A program made the translations under genes and the position numbers. Under the pieces are notes generated by a model. It was given only the letters and a program-made list of their open reading frames with translations. It was not told the origin of the DNA and made no database searches. From Vampirovibrionales bacterium (GTDB lineage Bacteria; Cyanobacteriota; Vampirovibrionia; Vampirovibrionales; JAJTHC01), in NCBI GenBank assembly GCA_044371965.1, contig JBILSS010000002.1:1-47737 (forward strand): a stretch of DNA of 47,737 bases, read 5' to 3'. Below, piece by piece: positions 1-9,523 of the stretch. Position 1 is the first letter of the stretch. The number at the start of each line of letters is the position of its first letter.

Positions 1-1982
1 AAATTGGTGAAGTCCATGACGGTAACGCTGTTACTGACTGGATGGAACAAGAACGTGAACGTGGTATTACCATTACATCCGCTGCGATTACGACATCTTG
101 GAAAGATTGTCAGATCAACATTATTGACACCCCTGGTCACGTAGATTTCACCATCGAAGTGGAACGTTCCTTGCGTGTTTTAGATGGCGTTTGTGCGGTG
201 TTCTGTTCAGTCGGTGGCGTTCAACCTCAGTCTGAAACCGTTTGGCGTCAAGCCGATCGCTACAAAGTGCCTCGTATGGCATTTGTCAACAAAATGGATC
301 GTACGGGAGCTAACTTCACACGAGTCGTCGCTCAAATGCGTGATCGCCTAAAGGCCAACGCTGTACCTATCCAGTTGCCGATTGGTTCTGAAGAGAACTT
401 CTTAGGCATGGTGGATTTGGTTGAGTTTAACGCCATTCGTTTTTATGATGATATTGGTAAAGATATTCGCATTGAAGCTATCCCTGCGGATATGCTTGAT
501 GATGCCACGATTGCTCGTGAAGTGCTTATGGAAGCCGTTGTTGAGCATGACGATGCGTTGATGGATCGCTACTTGGGTGGTGAGGAAATTAGCGTCGCCG
601 AACTTAAAAAAGCCTTGCGTCAAGCTGTTATTGATGTAAAAATCGTTCCTGTTTTATGTGGAACCGCCTTTAAAAACAAAGGCGTTCAGCCCTTGTTGGA
701 TGCTGTTATTGATTACTTGCCAGCACCGAATGATGTGCCTCCGATTGAAGGGGTGGCAATGGATCATGAAACCAAAATCGTGCGTCATTCTCGTGATGAT
801 GAGCCATTTTCCGCACTCGCCTTTAAAATTATGACGGATCCTTTCGTGGGTCGTTTGACCTTCTGTCGTGCCTATAGTGGTGTCATGAGTGGCGGAAGCT
901 ACGTGATGAACGCTACCAAAGGTAAAAAAGAACGTGTTAGTCGTATCGTGCAAATGCACGCGGATGCTCGTGTGGAAATTGATGAAGTTCGTGCTGGCGA
1001 TATTTTTGCTTGCGTGGGCTTCAAAAATACCACAACAGGCGATACGCTTACTGCTGAAGGCAAAGAAGTTATTTTGGAATCAATTTTCATTCCAGAACCT
1101 GTTATTGAAGTCGCCATTGAGCCAAACTCAAAAGCGGATCAAGACAAACTTTCCATGAGCTTGATTAAATTGGCGGAAGAAGATCCCACCTTCCGTGTTC
1201 GTGTGGATGAAGAATCCTCTCAAACCGTTATTGCTGGGATGGGTGAACTTCACCTTGAAATTATCGTTGATCGTTTGTTGCGTGAGTTCAAAGTTAACGC
1301 CAACGTCGGTAAGCCTCAGGTTGCGTATCGTGAAACCATTACGAAAATGGTTGAAGTCGAAGGCAAGTTCGTTCGTCAATCAGGTGGACGTGGTCAATTT
1401 GGACACGTTTGGTTGCGTTTAGAACCGCTAGAGCGTGGCACAGGTTATGTCTTTGAAAACAAAATCGTCGGCGGGGTGGTACCCAAAGAGTTTATCGGAC
1501 CTGTTTCCAAGGGGGTTGAAGAAGCCCTTAAAGGAGGCGTCATCGCTGGGTTTGAATTAATCGATGTCAAAGCCACCTTGTACGACGGTAGCTACCACGA
1601 TGTTGACTCAAGCGAAATGGCGTTTAAGATTGCAGGTTCCATGGCGTTGAAAGCAGGGGTTCCTAAGGCAGGTCCTCAATTGCTTGAACCCACCATGAAA
1701 GTTGAAGTTGAAGTGCCTGATGACTTCATGGGTGATGTTATCGGCGATCTTTCCAGCCGTCGTGGACGCATGGAAGGTATGGATTCCGTTGCAGGAACAG
1801 GCAGTACGGTGATTCGTGCCACTGTTCCGTTGGGTGAAATGTTTGGTTATGCCACAGATTTACGCTCAAAAACGCAAGGACGCGGCACCTTCAGCATGGA
1901 GTTTGCACACTATGAGCCAATGCCTGCTAGCTTAGCCGAAGCCATGGCGACCAAATTTAAAGGTCATTCAGTCGAAGCTTAG
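1..1982 (+). CDS. fusA: Translation elongation factor G, 5'-truncated by the window edge
   Basis: The frame is open from nt 3 ([24 protein letters not shown]...). G-domain motifs DTPGHVDF and NKMD are present, domains II-V are full length, and the stop is TAG at 1980-1982. Confidence 0.97.
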   Translation, partial: IGEVHDGNAVTDWMEQERERGITITSAAITTSWKDCQINIIDTPGHVDFTIEVERSLRVLDGVCAVFCSVGGVQPQSETVWRQADRYKVPRMAFVNKMDRTGANFTRVVAQMRDRLKANAVPIQLPIGSEENFLGMVDLVEFNAIRFYDDIGKDIRIEAIPADMLDDATIAREVLMEAVVEHDDALMDRYLGGEEISVAELKKALRQAVIDVKIVPVLCGTAFKNKGVQPLLDAVIDYLPAPNDVPPIEGVAMDHETKIVRHSRDDEPFSALAFKIMTDPFVGRLTFCRAYSGVMSGGSYVMNATKGKKERVSRIVQMHADARVEIDEVRAGDIFACVGFKNTTTGDTLTAEGKEVILESIFIPEPVIEVAIEPNSKADQDKLSMSLIKLAEEDPTFRVRVDEESSQTVIAGMGELHLEIIVDRLLREFKVNANVGKPQVAYRETITKMVEVEGKFVRQSGGRGQFGHVWLRLEPLERGTGYVFENKIVGGVVPKEFIGPVSKGVEEALKGGVIAGFELIDVKATLYDGSYHDVDSSEMAFKIAGSMALKAGVPKAGPQLLEPTMKVEVEVPDDFMGDVIGDLSSRRGRMEGMDSVAGTGSTVIRATVPLGEMFGYATDLRSKTQGRGTFSMEFAHYEPMPASLAEAMATKFKGHSVEA

Positions 1983-2025
1983 TCCTTTATTCAATAAGGG
2001 CTTTTGTAAGAAAAAGCCCGCCGTC

Positions 2026-2062
2026 AATAGGGATGCGTTGTACAACAGAACGCATCCCTATT
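2026..2062 (+). terminator. Putative intrinsic terminator after fusA
   Basis: A 14-bp perfect inverted repeat (aatagggatgcgtt, 9-nt loop, aacgcatccctatt) is followed by the T-rich stretch ttgttt. A second small hairpin (gggctttt/aaaagccc) lies at about 1998-2019. Confidence 0.45.
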
Positions 2063-2300
2063 GTTTGACGTCAAAGACGTCAAGGCGAGTGACGAAAATA
2101 AGTAAAGGTCGATAAATAAAACGTTGGTTCTAAGCTATTCAAAAATAAGAGGTAAGCATTTGCTTCTATTGCTTATATAAGGAGTATAATCGTTATGGTG
2201 ATGCCTTGCCCAGTAAAAGCCTTTGACTACACTTGTCAATGTAAGGATGTCACATCAATTAGCCACAAGCTCTTCTTGTTGCCCTTATTAGAGGTTTATC

Positions 2301-3053
2301 GTGTCAAAACTGTCCCTTAAGGCGTTAAATTTTTTTCAAGAACTACAAATGCTCTTTGGTACCGCCCACTGCCCTAAGTGCAAAGTGGTGCAAGACGTTT
2401 ATGAACTTTGCTCGTCTTGTATTGAAACTTTGCAATTTCAGCCTGAACGCCTCAACCCGACGGAAGGGGGCATCCCGATTTGGCGATTGTTCACATGGAA
2501 CCGTCGTATTCAGCGGATTTGGTATGGCGTCAAGTTTTACAAGCGTTACGGTCATTTGTTTTTAATCGAAACGGCTTTTAAACAAGCCGTTTCGATGATG
2601 CCCCCTTTTGAAGAAGGACGTGCTATTTGGGTCTTGCATCCGCCATTTCAAACAGGAAAACCGAATGTGTTTGCTCCGTTTTTAGCCCCACTCGCCAAAA
2701 CGCAAAACTGGCATTATTTTTCTGATGCCATTGTGTTTGATCAGGCAGAAAACGGCGTAAAATCTTTACACCAAAGTCAAAGTATCGCTGAACGACAACG
2801 GCTCATGCAAAATCGCTTCAAGCTCAATCCTGCGTTTCTTGAGCGTTTAAGGCATCAAAAAAAGTGCCCTTACCTCATTGTCGTCGACGACTTTATGACC
2901 ACAGGCACGACCATGCAAAGCTGTCTAAGACTTTTAAAAAACGTCTTAGAAGAAACGAATACCAAGCTGAACGTTTGTGATAAAATAGAGTCTGTAAAAG
3001 AATTGCTTCACGCCATTGTCATCACCACTGTACCAAAAACTTCGGTACGTTGA
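2301..3053 (+). CDS. comF: ComF-family protein (phosphoribosyltransferase-domain competence protein)
   Basis: GTG start. The N-terminus has a Cys4 cluster (CPKC...CSSC). The C-terminus has the PRTase motif LIVVDDFMTTGTT. Confidence 0.7.
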   Translation: MSKLSLKALNFFQELQMLFGTAHCPKCKVVQDVYELCSSCIETLQFQPERLNPTEGGIPIWRLFTWNRRIQRIWYGVKFYKRYGHLFLIETAFKQAVSMMPPFEEGRAIWVLHPPFQTGKPNVFAPFLAPLAKTQNWHYFSDAIVFDQAENGVKSLHQSQSIAERQRLMQNRFKLNPAFLERLRHQKKCPYLIVVDDFMTTGTTMQSCLRLLKNVLEETNTKLNVCDKIESVKELLHAIVITTVPKTSVR

Positions 3054-3089
3054 TGCGATAGTCATTTCAATTATATAGGACATTTTCCC

Positions 3090-4385
3090 ATGACTTCTCC
3101 CAAACAAACCCCAACGACTCCCCTTAAAATTGGCATGATCGGCTTAGGCACGGTCGGGCAAGGCACATACAAGCTCATTCAACGTTTGCCACATCTTGAA
3201 GTCGTCGCTGTTGCGGTGCAGAATCTCGAAAAAGAACGAGGCATCGACGATTTAGATACCTCCCTATTGACGCTGGATGCTCAAGCGGTGGCGGTGCATC
3301 CTGACATTGATATTTTGATTGAAGTCGCTGGGGGTGTCGAAGGCACCAAGGAATTGCTCGAAGCCGCTATTCAAGCAGGCAAGCATGTGGTCACCGCCAA
3401 CAAAGCCCTCATCGCACAACATGGACCTGAACTCTTTGCGTTAGCCAAAAAGCATGACGTGAGTCTCTTGTTTGAAGCTGCTGTTGCGGGCGGTGTGCCG
3501 ATTGTCACGCCGTTGAAAATGGGCTTAGCGTCGAATCAGATTGAAGAAATTGCAGGCATTTTAAACGGCACGACCAACTATATTTTGACTCGCATGATGC
3601 AAGACGGCTGGACGTATGAGGCTGCCCTTGACAAAGCCAAAGTCCTCGGATACGCCGAAGCTGACCCCAGCAGTGATGTCGAAGGTTTTGATGCCGCCTA
3701 TAAAATTGCGATTTTAGCAGGGCTTGCCACAGGGCATTGGGTCAATGTCAAAGATATGACGGTGGAAGGCATTACGCCGATTACCCCACGGGAAGTGGAT
3801 TATGCCAAGCAGTTTGGCTACACGATTCGTTTGGTGGCGTTGGCTCGTTTGAAAAACGAACGCCCCGATGTTCGTGTGCATCCGATGTTGGTGCCGAATG
3901 AGCATCCGCTTTCAAGCGTGCATAATGAGTATAACGCCATTTGGGTGCGTGGCGATGCCGTGGGTGATGCCATGTTTTCAGGTAAGGGGGCGGGTGAGCT
4001 TCCCACCGCAAGTTCTGTGATGGGTGATGTTTTGGCGATTGTCGCCGATTTAGAAGCAGGCAATCCAAAAACCGCTGCTGGTATGATTTTAGACTTGAAA
4101 GAGCCTGCGGTTTTGCAACCCATTGGTGAAACCACGAATCGTTACTATATTCGTATGACCACCGCCGACGAACCTGGGGTTTTGGCGGCTTTGGGGACGG
4201 CATTTGGCGATGCTGGCGTGAGTTTAGAATCCTTTTTGCAATTGCCAAATCCGCTGAACAATCCACACACGAGCTTGATGGTCGTCACGCACATCGCCCA
4301 AGAATCTTCGGTGCAAGAAGCCTTGTCCGCCATTCGCTCGCTAGCCTCCACGCAGGCGGTGGACTGCGTTCTTCGGGTCTTGTAA
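3090..4385 (+). CDS. hom: Homoserine dehydrogenase
   Basis: Rossmann motif IGMIGLGTVG, VVTANK, the central catalytic domain (YGILNGTTNYIL-like GILNGTTNYIL) and a C-terminal ACT-like domain. Confidence 0.92.
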   Translation: MTSPKQTPTTPLKIGMIGLGTVGQGTYKLIQRLPHLEVVAVAVQNLEKERGIDDLDTSLLTLDAQAVAVHPDIDILIEVAGGVEGTKELLEAAIQAGKHVVTANKALIAQHGPELFALAKKHDVSLLFEAAVAGGVPIVTPLKMGLASNQIEEIAGILNGTTNYILTRMMQDGWTYEAALDKAKVLGYAEADPSSDVEGFDAAYKIAILAGLATGHWVNVKDMTVEGITPITPREVDYAKQFGYTIRLVALARLKNERPDVRVHPMLVPNEHPLSSVHNEYNAIWVRGDAVGDAMFSGKGAGELPTASSVMGDVLAIVADLEAGNPKTAAGMILDLKEPAVLQPIGETTNRYYIRMTTADEPGVLAALGTAFGDAGVSLESFLQLPNPLNNPHTSLMVVTHIAQESSVQEALSAIRSLASTQAVDCVLRVL

Positions 4386-4408
4386 GAATAGAGGGAAAGG
4401 AGACTTCG

Positions 4409-5461
4409 ATGATTGAAACACTTTCACTCTTTAGCGGTTGCGGAGGCTTAGATCTTGGCATTGAAGGGGGTTTTAAAGTCCATAAAAAAGCCTTAAACCC
4501 CAAGGCTAAAAATGGTTGGACAATTGCTCCAAAAACACCCTTTAAAGTCGTTTGGGCAAATGATATTATGCCCCAAGCACAAAAGGCATGGCAAGCCAAC
4601 TTTGAAGGTAATTATGTCTTAGAATCCATTGAAACCTTACTTGAGCAAGGCTATTCATTCCCCAAGGTGGGTTTGGTGATTGGGGGCTTCCCTTGCCAAG
4701 ATTTTTCGCTTGCAGGCAAGCGGAAAGGCTTCTTGAGTTCACGCGGTCAATTGTATAAAGCCATGGCAAAGGTCTTAAAGCAAGTTCAGCCCAAAGCCTT
4801 TATTGCAGAAAATGTTTATGGCTTGCTTTCTATTGAAGGAGCTTTAGAAGAAATCACTCAAACCTTTTCAGCCAGTGGATACAACGTCTATACCGCTCCT
4901 TTATTCGCTCAAGATTACGGTATCCCTCAAACAAGGCAACGCATTTTCTTTATTGGGATTCGTGAAGATATTCAGCCCCCTAGTGATGAAGCGTCATGGT
5001 ATTTCCCTGAAAGTACTCATCGTGTTCCCCTTTCTTTAGCAGAAACCTTTTTTGATTTAAAAGAACCTGAAAATACCACTAATATTGAGCAAAAGCACTA
5101 TTCAAAAGCAAAATGGTATGGTAAAGGTCGACAAGGCAATATCGAAGTGAACCTTGCGAATCCTGGTCCTACCATGCGAGCGGAACATCACGGGAACATC
5201 GAGTTTAGACGCCTTGCTAAAGAACATGGTGGGCAATATCATCATGAATTAGAGGCGGGTCTAAAAGAACGACGTTTAACCGTAAGAGAATGTGCCAGAA
5301 TCCAAACCTTCCCCGATGATTTTGCGTTAATGCAAAATACGGAAGGCGATCCCTTACTTTCCGCTTCTTCTGCGTACAAGGTATTAGGTAATGCCGTTCC
5401 GCCTTTGCTTGCTTATCGGGTTGCGTCGCATTTAGCTTCTAAATGGGATTTATTAACATGA
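4409..5461 (+). CDS. DNA (cytosine-5)-methyltransferase, type II
   Basis: The full C5-MTase motif set is present: I FSGCGGLDLG, IV GGFPCQDFS (PCQ at 4691-4699), VI ENV, VIII QTRQR, IX RRLTVRECARIQTFPD and X GNAVPP. Confidence 0.93.
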   Translation: MIETLSLFSGCGGLDLGIEGGFKVHKKALNPKAKNGWTIAPKTPFKVVWANDIMPQAQKAWQANFEGNYVLESIETLLEQGYSFPKVGLVIGGFPCQDFSLAGKRKGFLSSRGQLYKAMAKVLKQVQPKAFIAENVYGLLSIEGALEEITQTFSASGYNVYTAPLFAQDYGIPQTRQRIFFIGIREDIQPPSDEASWYFPESTHRVPLSLAETFFDLKEPENTTNIEQKHYSKAKWYGKGRQGNIEVNLANPGPTMRAEHHGNIEFRRLAKEHGGQYHHELEAGLKERRLTVRECARIQTFPDDFALMQNTEGDPLLSASSAYKVLGNAVPPLLAYRVASHLASKWDLLT

Positions 5462-6051
5462 CAATCGATTTAGACTATAACTTATTTGTAGACTTGGTAA
5501 AAGAAGCCATACTTGTTTTACAAGAAGACACCAAGCAAATTAGAGATGCTCTTGCAACGAATCGACGCTTAGAAGAAGAATTTGAACACCATGTTTTAAT
5601 TTCTCTTAAGGCTGTTTCAAGGCTAAGTCCTTTTACGTTTCAAAAAATGAGTTCTTCGGGCAGTTTCCCAGATATTATAGCAGAACATGTAAATGGCAGA
5701 TGCTTCGGCGTCGAAGTTAAAACGAGTAAAAAATGGCGTACCTTAGGCAATAGTATTAACGCTTCGATTACAGATGCTCGCATCGAAAATATTGTGATTG
5801 TTTTTTGTAAAACGACACCCCCTATTGAATTTGCATGTAAATCTTACGAAGAAGCCATAATGGAAATAGCTGTAACACATTTCCCACGATATGTTTTAGA
5901 CATGGAAGGTGATTCAGAAAAGGGTATTTTAAGGCATATGGGAGTTTCGTACAGCACTTTTAAAAACTTTGACATTAAGCAAAAAATCGCTTTACTTCGG
6001 CAGTATTATGAGGATAAGGGTAAAGCAGGCAAACAATGGTGGATTAACTAA
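5458..6051 (+). CDS. Putative type II restriction endonuclease (PD-(D/E)xK fold), partner of the MTase
   Basis: The ATG at 5458 overlaps the MTase stop as ATGA. The signature is FPD-x13-VEVK (SGSFPDIIAEHVNGRCFGVEVKTSKK, about 5668-5721). Position directly downstream of the MTase supports the call. I do not recognise a family. Confidence 0.55.
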   Translation: MTIDLDYNLFVDLVKEAILVLQEDTKQIRDALATNRRLEEEFEHHVLISLKAVSRLSPFTFQKMSSSGSFPDIIAEHVNGRCFGVEVKTSKKWRTLGNSINASITDARIENIVIVFCKTTPPIEFACKSYEEAIMEIAVTHFPRYVLDMEGDSEKGILRHMGVSYSTFKNFDIKQKIALLRQYYEDKGKAGKQWWIN

Positions 6052-6068
6052 TTAAAGGACACAGACCC

Positions 6069-7136
6069 ATGTACACAGGTATTTTAAATCAGTATCAAGA
6101 CCTCTACGGCTTTGCGGATGACTACCCCGTTGTGAGCCTCCACGAAGGCAACACGCCTTTGATTCCTGCCCTACGACTCGCCAATTGCTTAGGCGTGGAA
6201 GGCTTAAAAGTCTACCTCAAATACGAAGGACTCAACCCCACAGGCAGTTTCAAAGATCGAGGCATGACGTATGCCGTGTCTCAAGCCAAGTTCGACGGTG
6301 CCGAAACTGTCGTGTGTGCCTCTACAGGCAACACGTCTGCTGCGTGTGCCGCCTATGCCACACGAGCCAAATTGAAATCGTTGGTGATTATTCCTGAAGG
6401 CAAAATCGCCTTAGGCAAGTTGAGCCAAGCCTTAATGTACGGAGCCAGCATCATCGAAATTGCGGGCAATTTCGACCAAGCCCTTAACATCGTGCGGATG
6501 CTCGGTGAGCGAGACAAACGCTTAGCCGTCGTCAATTCCATTAACCCCTACCGCATTTTAGGGCAACAATCAGGGGCGTGGGAAATCTGTGATGCCCTCG
6601 GCAAAGCCCCCGATCAATTCTTTATTCCTGTGGGCAATGCAGGCAACATTACGGCGTATTGGGCAGGATTTAAGCGGTATCACGACTTGGGCAAAATCGA
6701 CCAGCTCCCTGTGATGATGGGCTATCAAGCCGAAGGGGCAGCCCCGATCGTGCGTGGGCATGCGGTGGAGCATCCTGAAACGGTGGCAACCGCTATTCGC
6801 ATTGGGAATCCAGCGAGTTGGCAAGGGGCAACCGATGCCAGAGACCAAAGCGGTGGGCATATCGATTTAGTTACCGATGCCGACATTCTAGGGGCGTATT
6901 CATGCCTCGCTCGGCATGAGGGCGTGTTTTGCGAACCAGCATCGGCGGCGAGTGTGGCAGGCTTGATGAAAGCCTGTGCGGAAGGGCGTGTGAAGCCTCA
7001 TTCCACGGTGGTGTGTATTTTAACAGGCAACGGCTTAAAGGATCCTGACAATGCGGTGTTGGTGGGGACGAAAGAGGTGGCTCGGGTGAGTCTGCCTGCA
7101 GACGAATCCGCCATTTGCGAGTATCTGGGGGTTTAG
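6069..7136 (+). CDS. thrC: Threonine synthase
   Basis: EGNTPLI, the PLP-lysine motif NPTGSFKDRG, and the TGN/GNAGN glycine-rich loops. Confidence 0.93.
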   Translation: MYTGILNQYQDLYGFADDYPVVSLHEGNTPLIPALRLANCLGVEGLKVYLKYEGLNPTGSFKDRGMTYAVSQAKFDGAETVVCASTGNTSAACAAYATRAKLKSLVIIPEGKIALGKLSQALMYGASIIEIAGNFDQALNIVRMLGERDKRLAVVNSINPYRILGQQSGAWEICDALGKAPDQFFIPVGNAGNITAYWAGFKRYHDLGKIDQLPVMMGYQAEGAAPIVRGHAVEHPETVATAIRIGNPASWQGATDARDQSGGHIDLVTDADILGAYSCLARHEGVFCEPASAASVAGLMKACAEGRVKPHSTVVCILTGNGLKDPDNAVLVGTKEVARVSLPADESAICEYLGV

Positions 7137-7158
7137 GTCGGTAAGTTGTACGAAGCAT

Positions 7159-7201
7159 TTGAGTATTTTGAGGATTCACGCTACACTAGAAGGTGAATCC
7201 T
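7159..7201 (+). promoter_or_regulatory. Candidate sigma70-type promoter overlapped by a 9-bp inverted repeat, at the thrC/ATPase junction
   Basis: TTGAGT (7159-7164), 17-nt spacer, TACACT (7182-7187). The inverted repeat is aggattcac (7171-7179) / gtgaatcct (7193-7201). This is a sequence pattern only. Confidence 0.25.
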
Positions 7202-7223
7202 TAGAGAATGGAGAACCTTTATC

Positions 7224-8480
7224 ATGCTAATTGAGTTTAGTGTTGAAAACTTTATGTGCTTTAAAAACGAAGTGACCTTTTCCTTCGAAGCCATGGAAGA
7301 TTTAGCCGAAGACAAGTTTTACAACCCTGAATCTCGACGGGATATTGGGATTGACGGCATTGGTTTGATCAATACCGTCAATGGTATTTACGGTAAAAAT
7401 GCGTCGGGGAAATCGACTTTGTTAAGGGCTATTGCAACGCTTTATAATGCCCTAAACTACACCTATACTAATGCAGGAGGCTTTTCAGGCGGTTTGATGC
7501 AACTACTAAACCCTATACTGAGGGGATCAAAAGCCTATAGCGAAAATTTGCCTATTAAATTTAAAGGGAAATTTGCCAATCCCGAAGCCCAATTGACCTA
7601 TATTTACGAAATCCATATTAAAAGTAATGACCAGTCTATTGTTAAAGAGACATTGACGCAAGGAGAGCATTTAATTTTTGATCGTCCCACCCATTTAGAA
7701 GAAGGTACTTACAATTGTTTCGATGAAACAGAGATAAACCTCTTATTTAAACATATTAGAACCCAACAACCTATCTTATCTTCCAATATACTTACCAATT
7801 TAGATTCAGTAAAAGATTTTTATAAAAATAGACAACCCGCTTTTATAGATCTTTCAGATTCACACTATAGAGGGAGTGTTACCTCTTCTTACACTCGTCA
7901 AAATTTTATGATGGGATCCTATATTGCTTCATTATTAGAAAATCCTATTATAAAACCGTTTATTTTAGAAGAATTACGAATGGCTGATTTTACGATCGAA
8001 AATTATAGCATTCATAAATTCCCCTTTGAGGAAGAAGACAAAGAAGAAGGTGATGACTATCTTTTATATTTTCACCATAAAAATAAAACGCTCTCTTTCT
8101 TTGAAGAGTCTTTGGGGACACAAAAATACTTTTTCCTTTTACTTGAAGCTTTTATTGCTTTGGAACAGGGTAAGTTACTTGTTATAGACGAGCTGGAAAA
8201 AGCCTTGCATCCACTTTTGGCAAGACGGTTTATTAACTTGTTTAAAAACCCTGAAACGAATCCTAAAAACGCCCGACTCTTATTTAGTTCGCATGACATG
8301 ATGTTTTTACATCAAAGTGTGCTAAATGGCGATCAAATTTGGTTTATTGATCGGGACGATCAAGACGGAACCACCTTATATTCGCCTGCGGAATATGCTG
8401 ATTTTGATCCATTACATGTGCAAAAAGATTATACGCTAGGGTGTTATGGTGCCGTCCCTAATACAGACTGGCGGGGGTAG
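7224..8480 (+). CDS. ABC/AAA_15-21-type ATPase, AbiLi/RloA-like
   Basis: Walker A GKNASGKST, Walker B LLVIDELEKALHP and LLFSSHD. The typical N-terminus is present (MLIEFSVENFMCFKN). It is paired with an RloB-like ORF 9 nt downstream. Confidence 0.8.
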   Translation: MLIEFSVENFMCFKNEVTFSFEAMEDLAEDKFYNPESRRDIGIDGIGLINTVNGIYGKNASGKSTLLRAIATLYNALNYTYTNAGGFSGGLMQLLNPILRGSKAYSENLPIKFKGKFANPEAQLTYIYEIHIKSNDQSIVKETLTQGEHLIFDRPTHLEEGTYNCFDETEINLLFKHIRTQQPILSSNILTNLDSVKDFYKNRQPAFIDLSDSHYRGSVTSSYTRQNFMMGSYIASLLENPIIKPFILEELRMADFTIENYSIHKFPFEEEDKEEGDDYLLYFHHKNKTLSFFEESLGTQKYFFLLLEAFIALEQGKLLVIDELEKALHPLLARRFINLFKNPETNPKNARLLFSSHDMMFLHQSVLNGDQIWFIDRDDQDGTTLYSPAEYADFDPLHVQKDYTLGCYGAVPNTDWRG

Positions 8481-8489
8481 GTAATTTTT

Positions 8490-9110
8490 ATGTCTGGAAG
8501 AAATAATAGACAAGACTTTCGCAGAGTTAAGAAACCAGCAAAGCCACTTCTATGCTTGACAGAAGGCAAAGAAACGGAAATGTTGTACCTAAAGCATACT
8601 TTGAAGACTCAATCTAAAACGATAACGTCTAAATTTAAGCAAGGCTCTCAAATCATACAATACGCCATTGAAAAATACAAAGGTGAATATAAAATTATTT
8701 ATGCTATTTTCGATCGGGAGTTTCCGTCTGCTGAAGAACATCGTACTTTAAGGGAAATAGATGAAATACTTAAGAAAGATCAAGGAACGGTCATTCCTAT
8801 TATGAGTAGCCCTTGTATTGAATATGTACTTTTACTTCATTTTGTTGATAAGCACCCTATTTTCAATAATAATAAAGAAGTTGAAAGGGCTTTGAAAAAG
8901 GAATGTCCCTCTTACCAAAAAAACGAGACTTCTTTCTTTCAGTCTCTTACAAAGCAACAAATACAAGAAGCTTCTGAAAGATTGAAAAAACGAGATACAG
9001 AGCTTGATTTTACTGAGGACAGCCCTATTAAACAAAGAGCTGATAAAGACCATATGCCTAACAGTAATTTCCATGTGTTGATTGATGCCTTGACGAATCA
9101 AAAGACCTAG
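8490..9110 (+). CDS. RloB/AbiLii-like (Toprim-like) protein
   Basis: The N-terminal signature LCLTEGKETEMLYL matches the RloB EGxxTE pattern. A second acidic motif is IYAIFDREF. The protein is 206 aa and sits immediately after the ATPase. Confidence 0.7.
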   Translation: MSGRNNRQDFRRVKKPAKPLLCLTEGKETEMLYLKHTLKTQSKTITSKFKQGSQIIQYAIEKYKGEYKIIYAIFDREFPSAEEHRTLREIDEILKKDQGTVIPIMSSPCIEYVLLLHFVDKHPIFNNNKEVERALKKECPSYQKNETSFFQSLTKQQIQEASERLKKRDTELDFTEDSPIKQRADKDHMPNSNFHVLIDALTNQKT

Positions 9111-9121
9111 GAAACAAGCAC

Positions 9122-9523
9122 ATGACCGACATTCGCTGGATGCAACGCTTCCAAAATTATGAAAAAGTCCTCGTCAAATTGCAACACATGGTGCAACGAC
9201 TCCACGCCACGCCTGACGATGAAGCCGTCCACATGGCGGTGGTGCAAGCCTTTGAGTTCACCTACGAACTCGGCTGGAAAGTTCTCAAGGATTATCTCAC
9301 CTTTCAAGGCAATCCCACCACAACCGCAAGAGATTCCATTAAAGAAGCCTTTGCCCTGAACATCGTCAAAGACGGGCAGGCATGGATCGACATGATTCAA
9401 GACCGCAACCTCACTTCACACGTCTATGATGAAGCCACGGCTCAAAAATTACTGACGCATGTGGTGCAAGCCTATTTACCTGCCTTTGAAGACTTGCTCA
9501 CCTATTTAAAGGAAAAAGCCTAA
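9122..9523 (+). CDS. HEPN-domain toxin, HI0074-family nucleotidyltransferase substrate-binding protein
   Basis: RWMQRFQNYEKVL, FEFTYELGWKVLKDYL and the Rx4H motif RNLTSH (about 9404-9421). Confidence 0.88.
   Translation: MTDIRWMQRFQNYEKVLVKLQHMVQRLHATPDDEAVHMAVVQAFEFTYELGWKVLKDYLTFQGNPTTTARDSIKEAFALNIVKDGQAWIDMIQDRNLTSHVYDEATAQKLLTHVVQAYLPAFEDLLTYLKEKA

Noticed and set aside
402-1422. Several 70-100-aa ORFs on both strands inside fusA (402-623, 654-959, 899-1117, 934-1158, 1128-1379, 1195-1422).
   Set aside because: These are shadow ORFs fully embedded in a highly conserved gene. They have no motifs and low-complexity or odd composition.
2159-2190. TTGCTT ... TATAAT promoter-like hexamers upstream of the comF-like gene.
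   Set aside because: The spacers are 20 nt or 10 nt depending on which TTGCTT is used. Neither fits a sigma70 promoter.
3714-4599. Antisense ORFs inside hom and the start of the MTase gene (for example 3781-4266, 161 aa; 4285-4599, 104 aa).
   Set aside because: They are embedded antisense to well-supported genes and their Arg/Pro/Ser-rich translations are typical of the wrong frame.
9107-9400. 97-aa minus-strand ORF and 66-aa plus-strand ORF overlapping the HEPN gene.
   Set aside because: The HEPN frame has full-length family motifs. The alternatives have none.
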